The translations under genes and the position numbers were made by a program. From positions 10,924 to 74,923 of the forward strand of contig DASRXM010000016.1 in assembly GCA_035654155.1 (NCBI GenBank): a stretch of DNA of 64,000 bases. The letters are read 5' to 3'. Each line of letters starts with the position of its first letter. Position 1 is the stretch's first letter. Below are positions 28,422 through 37,271 of the stretch, piece after piece. The notes under the pieces are model-generated. The model was not told the DNA's origin. It did no database searches and was given only the letters and a program-made list of their open reading frames with translations. The stretch is from Candidatus Babeliales bacterium. GTDB lineage: Bacteria; Vulcanimicrobiota; Vulcanimicrobiia; Vulcanimicrobiales; Vulcanimicrobiaceae.

Positions 28422-30929
28422 CTAACTCGGCGTCTCGCCCGAGTCCGCGGCGGCCTTTGGCTTGCGCGACCGCTTTGGCTTCGCGCTTGGGTCGTCGGCG
28501 CTCGCACTCTTGCGTGTCCGTCGAGACTTCGGCGCGGGCGTCGGCAACGCCAGCGCGGACGCCGAGCCTTGCAGCTCCTCGGGCTTGCCGGCGGCACCGC
28601 GCGCCCGCCGCTTGCGCGCGGGTTTGGTTCGCTTTGGATCTTGCGGCGGAATCGAAAGGCTTGGCGGCGGGGCTTCAACTGCCGGCGGAGCCTCGCTTAC
28701 CGTCGCGATTGCGCGCGACGGTTCCACCGGTGCGGTCGTCCCGGTGGCGTGGGCTGCTCCGTCGGAGCTGACCTCGAAGATGTGACGATCCGGTGTCGGA
28801 ACGAACGGCGACCCGCCACCCCGGCCGCGACGACCGCGCCGCCGGCGGCGGCGACGGCGGTGCTGGCCTGCACCATCTCCTAAGTTTGGGGGTTCGGTCG
28901 CCGGCGGCGGCATGGCAGGCGCAGCCAGCGTCGTCTCTTCGGCTTCCTCGCGGCCGCGGCCCCGGCGACGGCGGCGGCGCTTGCGGTGACCGTCGCCCTG
29001 GGCGTGCTGCACCGCACCCTGCGCGATGATGATCGCGTCCGGCTGCGCTTCGCCGATGCGTTCGGCCCTCAGCGCTCTGTCTTGCGCCTCTTCCTCTTCG
29101 GTAACCGGCGAGATTCCGATCGGCGGGCGCGAAGCCGACTGGCGCGCCGCATCTTCGGCGAGCTCGCGCAGCTGGCGCGTTTGCTCCGCAGCTGAGACTT
29201 CGGCGCCGCGTACGCGACGCTTGCGGCGCGCCTTGGCACCCGCCGTCACCAGCTCGGCAAGCACGTAATCCTCGCGGTCGGCGACGTCGATAATGCGGAT
29301 GCGAACGAAGTTGCCGGCGTTGTTCGCAGCATTTTCGACTTCCGCCAAGCGCCCCTCGACGACGGCGGCCGCCGAGGTTGGATTCGGCAATCGTCCGGCG
29401 ACCAACTCGACGTCGTGCTCGTCGCCGACGCGGACCGAACGCGCGCCGCGCTCCTTAAAGCCGGCGACCATCTCGATGCGCGACTTCTCCGGATGAATCA
29501 TCGGATCGACGCGCACGTGGATCGGATGTGCGATCGCGCGCGCCAGCTCCCGGCACTCCTCTTCGTACCAGAACTCCATTTGCACCGCGACCGTCGGCGC
29601 GACGTGCACGACCACGTCACCTGCAACGCCGTTGCCGGCCTCGTTGCGAATTCGCCGGAAGGTCTCGATGGCGACCGACTGCGAGGACATCACGCTTCCC
29701 ATTCCCGCGCAGGTCGGACACGCGCCGCGAAGCTGGCTGCCCAGGTCCTTCCCGACGCGCTTGCGGGTGAATTCGAGCAAGCCCAGGTTCGAAAACGACT
29801 GGATCGTCGCGCGCGTGCGATCCTTGCGCAGGCTCTCTTCCATCGTCTGGATGACTTTCTCGCGCGATGCCTCCGAGGCCATGTCGATGAAGTCGACCAC
29901 AACGATGCCGCCGATATCGCGCAGGCGTACCTGGCGCGCGACCTCTTCGGCGGCTTCGATGTTCGTCTTGAGGATCGTGTCCTCGAGGTTGCGGCCCCCG
30001 GTGAACTTGCCCGAGTTGACGTCGATCACCGTCAAGGCCTCGGTGGACTCGATCACGATCGACGCGCCCGAAGGAAGGTTGATTTTCGGCCGCATCAGCT
30101 TCTGCAGCTCGTCGTCGATCTTATAATCGTCGAAGAGCGAGCGCCCGGAATTGTAATACTCGATGCGTCCGATGTACTGCGGGCCCAGCAGCTGCAGGAA
30201 GTCGCGGATCTTCCGGTACTCCTCTTCGTCGTCGATCAGCACCCGCTCGACGTCGGCTGTGATGAAATCTCGCGCGGCCTTGTAGACGAGGTTCATGTCC
30301 TTGTGCAGCAACGACGGCGAAGCGGCGCGCTTGTACATTTCGAGAATGCCGTGCCACATGCGGATCAACACGCCGAGGTCGGCGATCAGCTCGGCTTCGC
30401 TGGCGCCGGCTGCGGCGGTCCGAACGACGGTCGCCATGCCCTCGGGCCGAATCCGCTTCATGACGTTTTTGAGGCGGTTGCGTTCGTCCGCCGTTTCGAT
30501 CTTGCGGGAAACCCCGGAGTATTTGCCGGTCGGCATCAGGATCAGATAACGGCCCGGAAGCGAGATGTTCGTCGAGATTCGCGCTCCCTTGAGACCGCGG
30601 GGCTCTTTGACGATCTGCACCAGCACGTCGTCGCCGCGCTTGACCTTCTCGCTGATGGTGAACCCGCTGTGCCCCTGCGTTATCTCGACGTCGCCGATGT
30701 TCAGCGGCTGCTTGTTAATGTCGTCGACGTAAAGAAAGGCGTTGCGGCCCAGGCCGATGTCGACGAACGCCGCGCCCATCCCCGGGAGCACGTTCTGCAC
30801 CTTGCCTTTGTAAATCGAGCCGATGACCCGCTCTTCGCGCTCGATGTAGAGTTCGGCTAACCCGCCGTCCTCGAGTATGGCGACCCGGTTTTCCCAAGGG
30901 TCGCTCGAGATCAATATCTCGCTCGACAA
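28422..30929 (-). CDS. rne: Ribonuclease E (RNase E/G-family catalytic N-terminal half plus Arg/Pro-rich disordered C-terminal half)
   Basis: TTG start. S1 domain (GSIYKGKVQNVLPGMGAAFVDIG), DNase-I-like and Zn-link regions (VIDVNSGKF, IVVDFIDM, CPTC.G.G). The C-terminal ~330 aa are low-complexity with poly-Arg runs (KRRRRRRGRG; HRRRRRRRRGRRGRGGG). Confidence 0.9.
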   Translation of the reverse strand: MSSEILISSDPWENRVAILEDGGLAELYIEREERVIGSIYKGKVQNVLPGMGAAFVDIGLGRNAFLYVDDINKQPLNIGDVEITQGHSGFTISEKVKRGDDVLVQIVKEPRGLKGARISTNISLPGRYLILMPTGKYSGVSRKIETADERNRLKNVMKRIRPEGMATVVRTAAAGASEAELIADLGVLIRMWHGILEMYKRAASPSLLHKDMNLVYKAARDFITADVERVLIDDEEEYRKIRDFLQLLGPQYIGRIEYYNSGRSLFDDYKIDDELQKLMRPKINLPSGASIVIESTEALTVIDVNSGKFTGGRNLEDTILKTNIEAAEEVARQVRLRDIGGIVVVDFIDMASEASREKVIQTMEESLRKDRTRATIQSFSNLGLLEFTRKRVGKDLGSQLRGACPTCAGMGSVMSSQSVAIETFRRIRNEAGNGVAGDVVVHVAPTVAVQMEFWYEEECRELARAIAHPIHVRVDPMIHPEKSRIEMVAGFKERGARSVRVGDEHDVELVAGRLPNPTSAAAVVEGRLAEVENAANNAGNFVRIRIIDVADREDYVLAELVTAGAKARRKRRVRGAEVSAAEQTRQLRELAEDAARQSASRPPIGISPVTEEEEAQDRALRAERIGEAQPDAIIIAQGAVQHAQGDGHRKRRRRRRGRGREEAEETTLAAPAMPPPATEPPNLGDGAGQHRRRRRRRRGRRGRGGGSPFVPTPDRHIFEVSSDGAAHATGTTAPVEPSRAIATVSEAPPAVEAPPPSLSIPPQDPKRTKPARKRRARGAAGKPEELQGSASALALPTPAPKSRRTRKSASADDPSAKPKRSRKPKAAADSGETPS

Positions 30930-30996
30930 ATTTTCCTCAAACTCGGAAGCCTGCCTATCGCCGCGCTCTCGGTGACCGGTGCGCCCGCGTGGCCGC

Positions 30997-31066
30997 TCCC
31001 TGGTAAAAACTTTTTTCTTAAAAAACTCTGCCGGCGGCCCTCGTCCCGGGGACGGTGCCTGCCGGC
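30997..31066 (-). promoter_or_regulatory. GC-rich hairpin followed by T-runs in the rne upstream/leader region (terminator- or attenuator-like, or part of the promoter)
   Basis: Stem gccggc(31030-35)...cgtcc/ggacg...gccggc(31061-66). On the minus strand it is followed by AGAG TTTTTT AAG AAAAAA G TTTTT (31004-31029), the only strongly AT-rich patch in this neighbourhood. Confidence 0.3.
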
Positions 31067-31201
31067 TTAGCCTTCGATGTGTTCCCGCCGCCCGGGAAGC
31101 GGACCTGCGCCGGGCGTTTTATTCTAACTCTCGTCAACATTTCGGGCGAATTTTCAAACTTTGGCTAGCCCGTGGAAGGGCTTCGTTCTCAATCGAACGG
31201 A

Positions 31202-31215
31202 AATCGAGCGAGCCC
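31202..31215 (+). promoter_or_regulatory. Conserved box AATCGAGCG[A/G]GCCC upstream of lipoprotein cassette 1
   Basis: aatcgagcgagccc lies 31 nt before ATG 31247. A near copy, aatcgaacg, sits 11 nt upstream (31191-31199). The same box occurs before cassette 2. Confidence 0.35.
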
Positions 31216-31246
31216 AAGCTACACTGCGAGGCGCCAAGAGTTTATT

Positions 31247-32413
31247 ATGAAGAGAGCGGATTTCATTTTTTGCAGCCTCGTGTTAGCGGCATGCTCGCGC
31301 ACCCCGGGTGCGTCCGCGCTACCTCCGTTCACGCCGAATCAATCGAAGACGAGCAGCTCCAACTTTGAAACGCTCTTCCGTTTCACGGCCCGCACCGACG
31401 GCCACGTCCCCGTCGGCGTTCTACTGCCGCTCAACGGCGTGTTTTTCGGCACGACCTACTTTGCCGGCAACGCAAACACATCGCACGGAGTCGTCTTCGA
31501 AATCACCACGTCTGGGTTCGAGACGATTCTCCACCTCTTCAAGGGTAAGAGCGATGGGTTAGGACCGTACGCCGGGCTGATCGACGTCAACGGGACGCTC
31601 TACGGAACGACGCAAGAAGGCGGGAAGCACCACCTGGGAACGGTGTATGCGATCACGACGGCGGGCTCGGAAAAGGTTCTTCTTTCCTTTGGTGGCGCAA
31701 ACGGCAGCTACCCCCGCGCGAATCTCCTCGACGTCAACGGCGTGCTCTACGGTACGACGTACTTCGGCGGTTCGCACGGCTACGGAACCGTCTTCTCGAT
31801 GACAACCGCAGGCGCCGAAACCGTGCTCCATAGCTTCAAAGCCGGAACCGATGGCTCCGAGCCGCTCGACCCTTTGATTCTGGTCAAGGGAAAGTTGTAC
31901 GGCACGACTTCGCGGGGCGGCGCAAACGACGATGGAACGGTCTTTGCGATCGACACCAATGGCAAGGAAGAAATACTTTACAGTTTCAAAGGTGGGAAGG
32001 ACGGCATCGAGCCGTTCGGGGGGCTCACCAGCGTCAATGGCACGCTTTACGGCACGACGTTTTACGGCGGCGCCTATTACAAGGGCACTGCCTACAAGAT
32101 CACGACTGCCGGCGCGGAGAGCGTGGTTCATTCATTCGGGAGCGGCACCGACGGTGCCGCTCCCACTGCCGGTCTAACCCTTTATAACGGTGAGCTCTAC
32201 GGCGACACCGAACGCGGCGGGGCAAACGGCAAGGGCACGATCTACGAAATCAGTCCTTCAGGCAGCGAGAGCATCCTGTACAGCTTCACCGGTGGCGATT
32301 CCGGCGATCAGCCCTACGCTGACCTCACCGCATCGGACGGCGCGCTCTACGGCACGACTCTATTCGGCGGCGGACCCAAAAACTTTGGTACCGCCTTCAG
32401 GTTCTCACTCTGA
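31247..32413 (+). CDS. Lipoprotein with ~8 tandem GloVer-type (Gloeo_Verruco, TIGR03803-like) repeats, predicted beta-propeller (G1)
   Basis: Trimmed to ATG 31247. Lipobox LVLAAC. A ~48-aa unit is repeated: G.LYGTT..GG....GTVF.I...G.E..L.SF.GG.DG..P. Confidence 0.75.
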   Translation: MKRADFIFCSLVLAACSRTPGASALPPFTPNQSKTSSSNFETLFRFTARTDGHVPVGVLLPLNGVFFGTTYFAGNANTSHGVVFEITTSGFETILHLFKGKSDGLGPYAGLIDVNGTLYGTTQEGGKHHLGTVYAITTAGSEKVLLSFGGANGSYPRANLLDVNGVLYGTTYFGGSHGYGTVFSMTTAGAETVLHSFKAGTDGSEPLDPLILVKGKLYGTTSRGGANDDGTVFAIDTNGKEEILYSFKGGKDGIEPFGGLTSVNGTLYGTTFYGGAYYKGTAYKITTAGAESVVHSFGSGTDGAAPTAGLTLYNGELYGDTERGGANGKGTIYEISPSGSESILYSFTGGDSGDQPYADLTASDGALYGTTLFGGGPKNFGTAFRFSL

Positions 32414-32440
32414 GCGGTCTTAAGTAAGGGAGCTGCAACG

Positions 32441-33577
32441 ATGTCATTGCATCGTTATCGATGGATAGTACCAACGTTAATCCTTTTTGCGTCGGCGGCC
32501 TGCGGTACGCAGACCGTTCCGTCCAACGCCGGCGCGGGGATGCAGATCTCCGGCATGCCCAAAGCCGGCCTCGGCGCGACCGACAACACGTCAATCCTGA
32601 AGAACCTCAAGAAGGACGTCGTGATCGGATCGACCATCGATTCGAAGAATGGTGACAAAGGCCCGGGAGCCATCTCGATCGTTCCAGGAAAGCAGCGTTT
32701 AAAAACCGGCGACCTGGTTGTCTGCAACTTTGAGGATTCGGCCGGTAAAGCGGGCGCCGGAACGACGATTGAAATCCTCGCTCCGCAGCAAGGCTCTTCG
32801 CCGACGCGCTTCACTCAAAGCGATTCGATCGAAGGTTGCGACGCGAATGCGTTGGCACGACCGAACTACTTGTGGGCCGGCGGCCAGACCAGCGGGGAGG
32901 TCGTGAGGTTCTCTTCGAGCGGAAAACTGCTGAAGGTTTACAAGGGTTCGCCGGTTGCCGCACCGCTTTCGGACGTCAATGCCGGCGCGGCGCAAGAGTT
33001 CGCTCCGAATTATATATTCGTCGGCGCCACGACGTCGGGGGGTATCGTCAGCATCAGCACCGGTTTTTATGGCGACGGCATCGCAACGCAGGTCGCTGAG
33101 GGATTTGCGGTGGGATCCGGTTCGGAGTACAAGCTCGGTCCGACTGGGCTGCAGTACGATCGCCGCATCGATACTCTCTACATCGTCGACGGCGTCACCA
33201 GCACGATCGTCGCATTCTCGCACGCAAGCGATCTGATCGAGAAAGATGAAATTGTCGTCGAGTCCGGCGGCAAGAAATTCAAATGCAAGGAACCCAAGGT
33301 AACGTGCGCTAGCCTCGTCTACAGCGGATCGCCGCTCGATGCGCCCTACGCTTCGGCTCTCTTGCCCAACGGTAATCTCGTCGTGGCGAACACGCAAGGA
33401 ACCGCCAATGCCCTGGTCGAGCTGACGCCGCAGGGCCAAGTGCTCGACACGAAGGTCGTCGACTCCAGCAAGACGCAAGGCGTCTTTGGCCTGGTTGCGG
33501 CCGGAACGAACGACGACAATACCGTCCTCTTCTTCGCGGATGCCAATTCAAACGACGTGCAAGAACTCGAGCCGTAA
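32441..33577 (+). CDS. Lipoprotein, NHL/YncE-like beta-propeller, uncharacterised (N1)
   Basis: Lipobox LFASAAC. AAGGGAG RBS 27 nt after G1. NHL-like strands (LLPNGNLVVANTQGTANALVELTPQGQVLD; LYIVDGVTSTIVAF). Clear paralog of 34965..36140. Confidence 0.7.
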   Translation: MSLHRYRWIVPTLILFASAACGTQTVPSNAGAGMQISGMPKAGLGATDNTSILKNLKKDVVIGSTIDSKNGDKGPGAISIVPGKQRLKTGDLVVCNFEDSAGKAGAGTTIEILAPQQGSSPTRFTQSDSIEGCDANALARPNYLWAGGQTSGEVVRFSSSGKLLKVYKGSPVAAPLSDVNAGAAQEFAPNYIFVGATTSGGIVSISTGFYGDGIATQVAEGFAVGSGSEYKLGPTGLQYDRRIDTLYIVDGVTSTIVAFSHASDLIEKDEIVVESGGKKFKCKEPKVTCASLVYSGSPLDAPYASALLPNGNLVVANTQGTANALVELTPQGQVLDTKVVDSSKTQGVFGLVAAGTNDDNTVLFFADANSNDVQELEP

Positions 33578-33653
33578 CGCATAAACTTTTCTTAACGCTT
33601 TCGGAGGCCACGCGCCAAACGGCCGGCGGCAGGGATTCGATCGTTTCCCCAAG

Positions 33654-33667
33654 AATCGAGCGGGCCC
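33654..33667 (+). promoter_or_regulatory. Conserved box AATCGAGCG[A/G]GCCC upstream of lipoprotein cassette 2
   Basis: aatcgagcgggccc lies 18 nt before ATG 33686. It matches the box at 31202-31215 at 13 of 14 positions. Confidence 0.35.
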
Positions 33668-33685
33668 GTCAGAGGATACTTCTCC

Positions 33686-34957
33686 ATGCGCGCACTTTGT
33701 TTAATTCTATGCACCGCCGTTTTGGCCGGTTGCTCCCGTTGGGCAGCCCCGTCCGTGCTCCCGGGCGACACACCGAGTCAGACCCGGCCGCAGCAGAGCT
33801 CGAACTTCGCAACGATCTATCAGTTTCCTAAAAACGTGGACGGCTCCAATCCGGTCGGCGGATTGCTGAACCTCAACGACGTTCTTTACGGAACGACCTA
33901 TTTCGGCGGTACCAAAGCACCCGGTATGGGCGTTGCTTACCAACTCTCCCTACCAACCTCGGGCAAACCAAAAGAAATCGTGATGCATAAATTCGCCGGC
34001 GGCAGCTACGACGCGGCGAAGCCGTACGCCGGGCTTACGCCGGCGGACTGCACGGCCTCGATGAGCTGCACGCTCTACGGAACGAGCCAGGAAGGCGGTA
34101 CGTATAGCGACGGCACGGTTTACTCGCTCGTGCCCGGCGATCAAGGCAGTGAAGGCGTGACCTACTCGTTCAGCGGCCCACCGAACGACGGTAAGAACCC
34201 GCGGGCGAGTTTGTTGAACGTCGACGGCGTGCTCTACGGCACGACCTACTACGGCGGAGCAGCCGATTTAGGCACGGTCTTTGCGATTACTACCGGAAGC
34301 AGCAGCGTTACCGAGACGGTAATCCACAGCTTTACCGGCGGCAGCGGCGACGGCGCCCTGCCGCTTGGCCCGCTGATCAACGTCAACGGCGCCCTCTACG
34401 GAACGACGTCGGAGGGCGGTCCGAACGACGACGGAACCGTCTTCGAAATTCCGTTGTCGACTTCCGGCGGAGGCGAACAACTGCTCTATAGCTTTACGGG
34501 CGCACCGGACGGGGCTAAGCCGTATGCCGGACTGACCGCCGTCAACGGCTCGCCTTCCGGCGCGCTCTACGGAACGACGTATGAAGGCGGCGTCCACAAC
34601 AAAGGCACGATTTTTGAGCTCAGCACGTCCGGGGCCGAGAGCGTGCTCTACAGTTTCGCCGGCGAACCCGACGGCAAATTACCGACTGCCGGCCTAACCC
34701 TTCTCAACGGGATTCTTTACGGCGCAACGGCCCACGGAGGCGCGCACAACAAAGGCACGATCTTTGAAGTCCTCCCGTCGGGCGGAGAGAACGTGCTCTA
34801 CAGCTTTACCGGCGGAGCCGACGGCTACAATCCATACAATACGCTGATAGCATCCGGCGGCGCGCTCTACGGAACGACGCTGTTTGGCGGAGCGGGCACC
34901 GGCGCAATGGGCACCGTCTTTGAATATTTCGCCTCGAGTAGCTCGCATCGGAGGTAA
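33686..34957 (+). CDS. Lipoprotein with tandem GloVer-type repeats, predicted beta-propeller (G2)
   Basis: Lipobox AVLAGC. Same LYGTT..GG...GTVF repeat unit as G1, with some longer inter-repeat loops. Confidence 0.75.
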   Translation: MRALCLILCTAVLAGCSRWAAPSVLPGDTPSQTRPQQSSNFATIYQFPKNVDGSNPVGGLLNLNDVLYGTTYFGGTKAPGMGVAYQLSLPTSGKPKEIVMHKFAGGSYDAAKPYAGLTPADCTASMSCTLYGTSQEGGTYSDGTVYSLVPGDQGSEGVTYSFSGPPNDGKNPRASLLNVDGVLYGTTYYGGAADLGTVFAITTGSSSVTETVIHSFTGGSGDGALPLGPLINVNGALYGTTSEGGPNDDGTVFEIPLSTSGGGEQLLYSFTGAPDGAKPYAGLTAVNGSPSGALYGTTYEGGVHNKGTIFELSTSGAESVLYSFAGEPDGKLPTAGLTLLNGILYGATAHGGAHNKGTIFEVLPSGGENVLYSFTGGADGYNPYNTLIASGGALYGTTLFGGAGTGAMGTVFEYFASSSSHRR

Positions 34958-34964
34958 CGACGCG

Positions 34965-36140
34965 GTGCTTTGCTTGCCTCGCCTGACGGTCGCGATCGTT
35001 GTAGCGAGCCTCGTTGCTTCGGCCTGCGCAGCTCAGACGGTTGCGCCGAACTCCGGATCCGTGGCGCCGGCTTCGAGAACTCGGGCAATTAGCCCGCGGC
35101 CGGTTGATACAACTTCGATTCTTAAGCAAGACACTAAAGAGGTCACGATCGGCTCGACCGTCGATGCCACGAACGGCGACATGGGGCCGACTGCGATTTC
35201 GATTGTCCCCGGCAAGGTTAAGAAGGGGCTCCAAAAGGGTAACCTCGTGGTCTGCAACTTTGAGAATTCGGCCGGCTACCAGGGTCAGGGAACGACGCTG
35301 GAAATCCTAGAGCCGGCAGCAAACTCGCCGACGAAACAGTTCGCTCAAAATGACGCGTTTGAAGGCTGCGATGCCGTCGCGCTCAACACTGCGAACGACG
35401 TTTATGCTGGTGGCCTTACCAGCGGCGAGATGGCCGTCTTCTCACCCACTGGCGGAGTGCCCATAAAGACGTACGGCTCAAGCTCGCCAGTTGGCGCACC
35501 GCTTTCGGATACCAATGCGCCTCCTGTAAAGGCCTTTGATCCAGCGTACGTGTACGTTGGCGCGACGACTTCCGGCGGGATCGCAAGTATCTCCGACGGC
35601 GAATACGGCGACGGCCAGGCGACGCAGGTCGCGGAAGGCTTCGCGGTGAGCCAAGGCTCGGGACAACCGCTGGGACCGAGTGGGCTGCAATACAGCAAAT
35701 CGCTCGACGTCCTCTACATCGTCGACGGCGTTACGAATACGATCGTAGGGTTTACGAACGCCAGCAAACTCCTGGTGCAGGACGAGATCGTCGTCGAGCC
35801 CGGCGGCCAGACGTTCCAGTGCCTGTACCCCAGCGTCACGTGCGGGTTTCTCGTCTTCGCCGACACGTCGAGCTACTCGCCGCTCAATGCGCCGGTGGCA
35901 TCCGCATTGTTGCCCAACGGCAATCTCATCGTGGCCAACACCCAGGGAACGCCCAACACGCTGGTCGAGCTGACCCCAACGGGTCAGATTCTGGATACGG
36001 CCGTCATCAATTCCAACGACACAACGCCGGGGATCTACGGGCTCGTCGCGGCCGGAACCAAGGACGCGAACACCGTTATCTACTTCACCGACATGAACAC
36101 GAACGAGGTCTACGAACTCGAGAAGCCGCCGAAAAAGTGA
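34965..36140 (+). CDS. Lipoprotein, NHL/YncE-like beta-propeller, uncharacterised (N2)
   Basis: Track ORF 34884 trimmed to GTG 34965, because GGAGG lies in the last codons of G2. Lipobox LVASAC. Collinear with N1 (DTSILK..K.V.IGST.D..NGD.GP.AISIVPGK, LVVCNFE.SAG, GLQY...D.LYIVDGV, ALLPNGNL.VANTQGT.N.LVELTP.GQ.LDT). Confidence 0.7.
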   Translation: MLCLPRLTVAIVVASLVASACAAQTVAPNSGSVAPASRTRAISPRPVDTTSILKQDTKEVTIGSTVDATNGDMGPTAISIVPGKVKKGLQKGNLVVCNFENSAGYQGQGTTLEILEPAANSPTKQFAQNDAFEGCDAVALNTANDVYAGGLTSGEMAVFSPTGGVPIKTYGSSSPVGAPLSDTNAPPVKAFDPAYVYVGATTSGGIASISDGEYGDGQATQVAEGFAVSQGSGQPLGPSGLQYSKSLDVLYIVDGVTNTIVGFTNASKLLVQDEIVVEPGGQTFQCLYPSVTCGFLVFADTSSYSPLNAPVASALLPNGNLIVANTQGTPNTLVELTPTGQILDTAVINSNDTTPGIYGLVAAGTKDANTVIYFTDMNTNEVYELEKPPKK

Positions 36141-36149
36141 GCTGACGGC

Positions 36150-37256
36150 TTAGGCGTTCCCGAGAACGTCGCGATCCTTCTGCGAGTAAACATTGAGAAG
36201 AATTCCGATTGCGACGAAATCGGTGAGCATCGCCGATCCGCCGTACGACATGAACGGCAGCGGAATTCCAGTGATCGGCATGATCCCCACGGTCATCCCG
36301 ATATTGACCAGCACGTGAAAGAACAGCATCCCGACTAACCCGGCGGCCAACAGGAAACCGAAACGATCCCGGGCCACCAGCATCGTGCGGATGCCGCCCC
36401 ACAGGATCGCCGCGTAGAGTGCTAGCAGCGCGAGCGCTCCGACGAAGCCCCACTCTTCCGCCAACACCGTAAAAATGAAATCGCGCGAGTGCTCCGGCAC
36501 GAAGTTGAGCTGCGTTTGGGTGCCGTGGTAGAGTCCACGACCGAACCATTCGCCGTTGCCGACCGCGATCTTTGACTGATCGAGGTTGTAACCCGCGCCC
36601 TGCGGATCCGCTTTGGGATTGAGAAAAACGAACAGCCGCGACCGCTGAAAGGGCTTGAGAACCGCGTTGGTGCCGAGGGCCGCCGCCGCAACCACTAGCA
36701 CGCCGAGGGCGTAAATGCCGAAGTCGCCCAGCTTGGGCAGCGCGAAGAAAAGCTCGACGCTCAGAATTGCAAGCAGCACGAGCGACGTGCCCAAATCGGG
36801 CTGCTTGAGAATTAGCAGCGCCGGCACCGCGACGGTTGCCAGCGGCTTCCACAGCTCTTGCAAATTCTGATAGGTGCCGCGGCAGAGAACGGCGGCCAAG
36901 GCGATGGCGATCACGAGCTTTGCCGGCTCAGAGGGCTGAAACGTCCCCAACGGGCCCAGCGAAATCCACCGCTGGGCGCCCATCGCGCTATGGCCGCCGC
37001 GCAGGATGAAGATCAGCATCAGCAAGTTGATCGCGTACAGTCCCGGCGCCCAGCGCTGCCACGTGCGATAATCGACTAGCGAGATTCCGAACATTGCGAA
37101 AATTCCCAGCAGCAGATAGAGTATCTGCTTTTTGAATTCTCCGCTAGCGTCGGGCGAGTGAAGCCCTGCCGAACGAACGCAAACGATGCCGAGCAGCGAG
37201 ATGGCGACTCCGGCAACGGCCAGCGTCCAGTTGAAGTTGCGCAGGTAGCGTTTCAC
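36150..37256 (-). CDS. rodA: SEDS-family peptidoglycan glycosyltransferase (FtsW/RodA family; RodA by context)
   Basis: 368 aa, 10-TM SEDS pattern (QPSE.AK, LQPDLGT, SDFIF....EE.GF.G, GG.P..G.PLPF.SYGGS). Lies immediately downstream of minE. Confidence 0.8.
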   Translation of the reverse strand: MKRYLRNFNWTLAVAGVAISLLGIVCVRSAGLHSPDASGEFKKQILYLLLGIFAMFGISLVDYRTWQRWAPGLYAINLLMLIFILRGGHSAMGAQRWISLGPLGTFQPSEPAKLVIAIALAAVLCRGTYQNLQELWKPLATVAVPALLILKQPDLGTSLVLLAILSVELFFALPKLGDFGIYALGVLVVAAAALGTNAVLKPFQRSRLFVFLNPKADPQGAGYNLDQSKIAVGNGEWFGRGLYHGTQTQLNFVPEHSRDFIFTVLAEEWGFVGALALLALYAAILWGGIRTMLVARDRFGFLLAAGLVGMLFFHVLVNIGMTVGIMPITGIPLPFMSYGGSAMLTDFVAIGILLNVYSQKDRDVLGNA

Positions 37257-37271
37257 CTGCGGCCTTTGTTT

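Noticed and set aside
33578-33685. 108-nt gap between N1 and G2, checked for a tRNA or small RNA gene.
   Set aside because: No cloverleaf arms and no T-loop GTTCGAATC-like sequence are present. The region is better explained as the promoter/leader of cassette 2 carrying the AATCGAGCG box.
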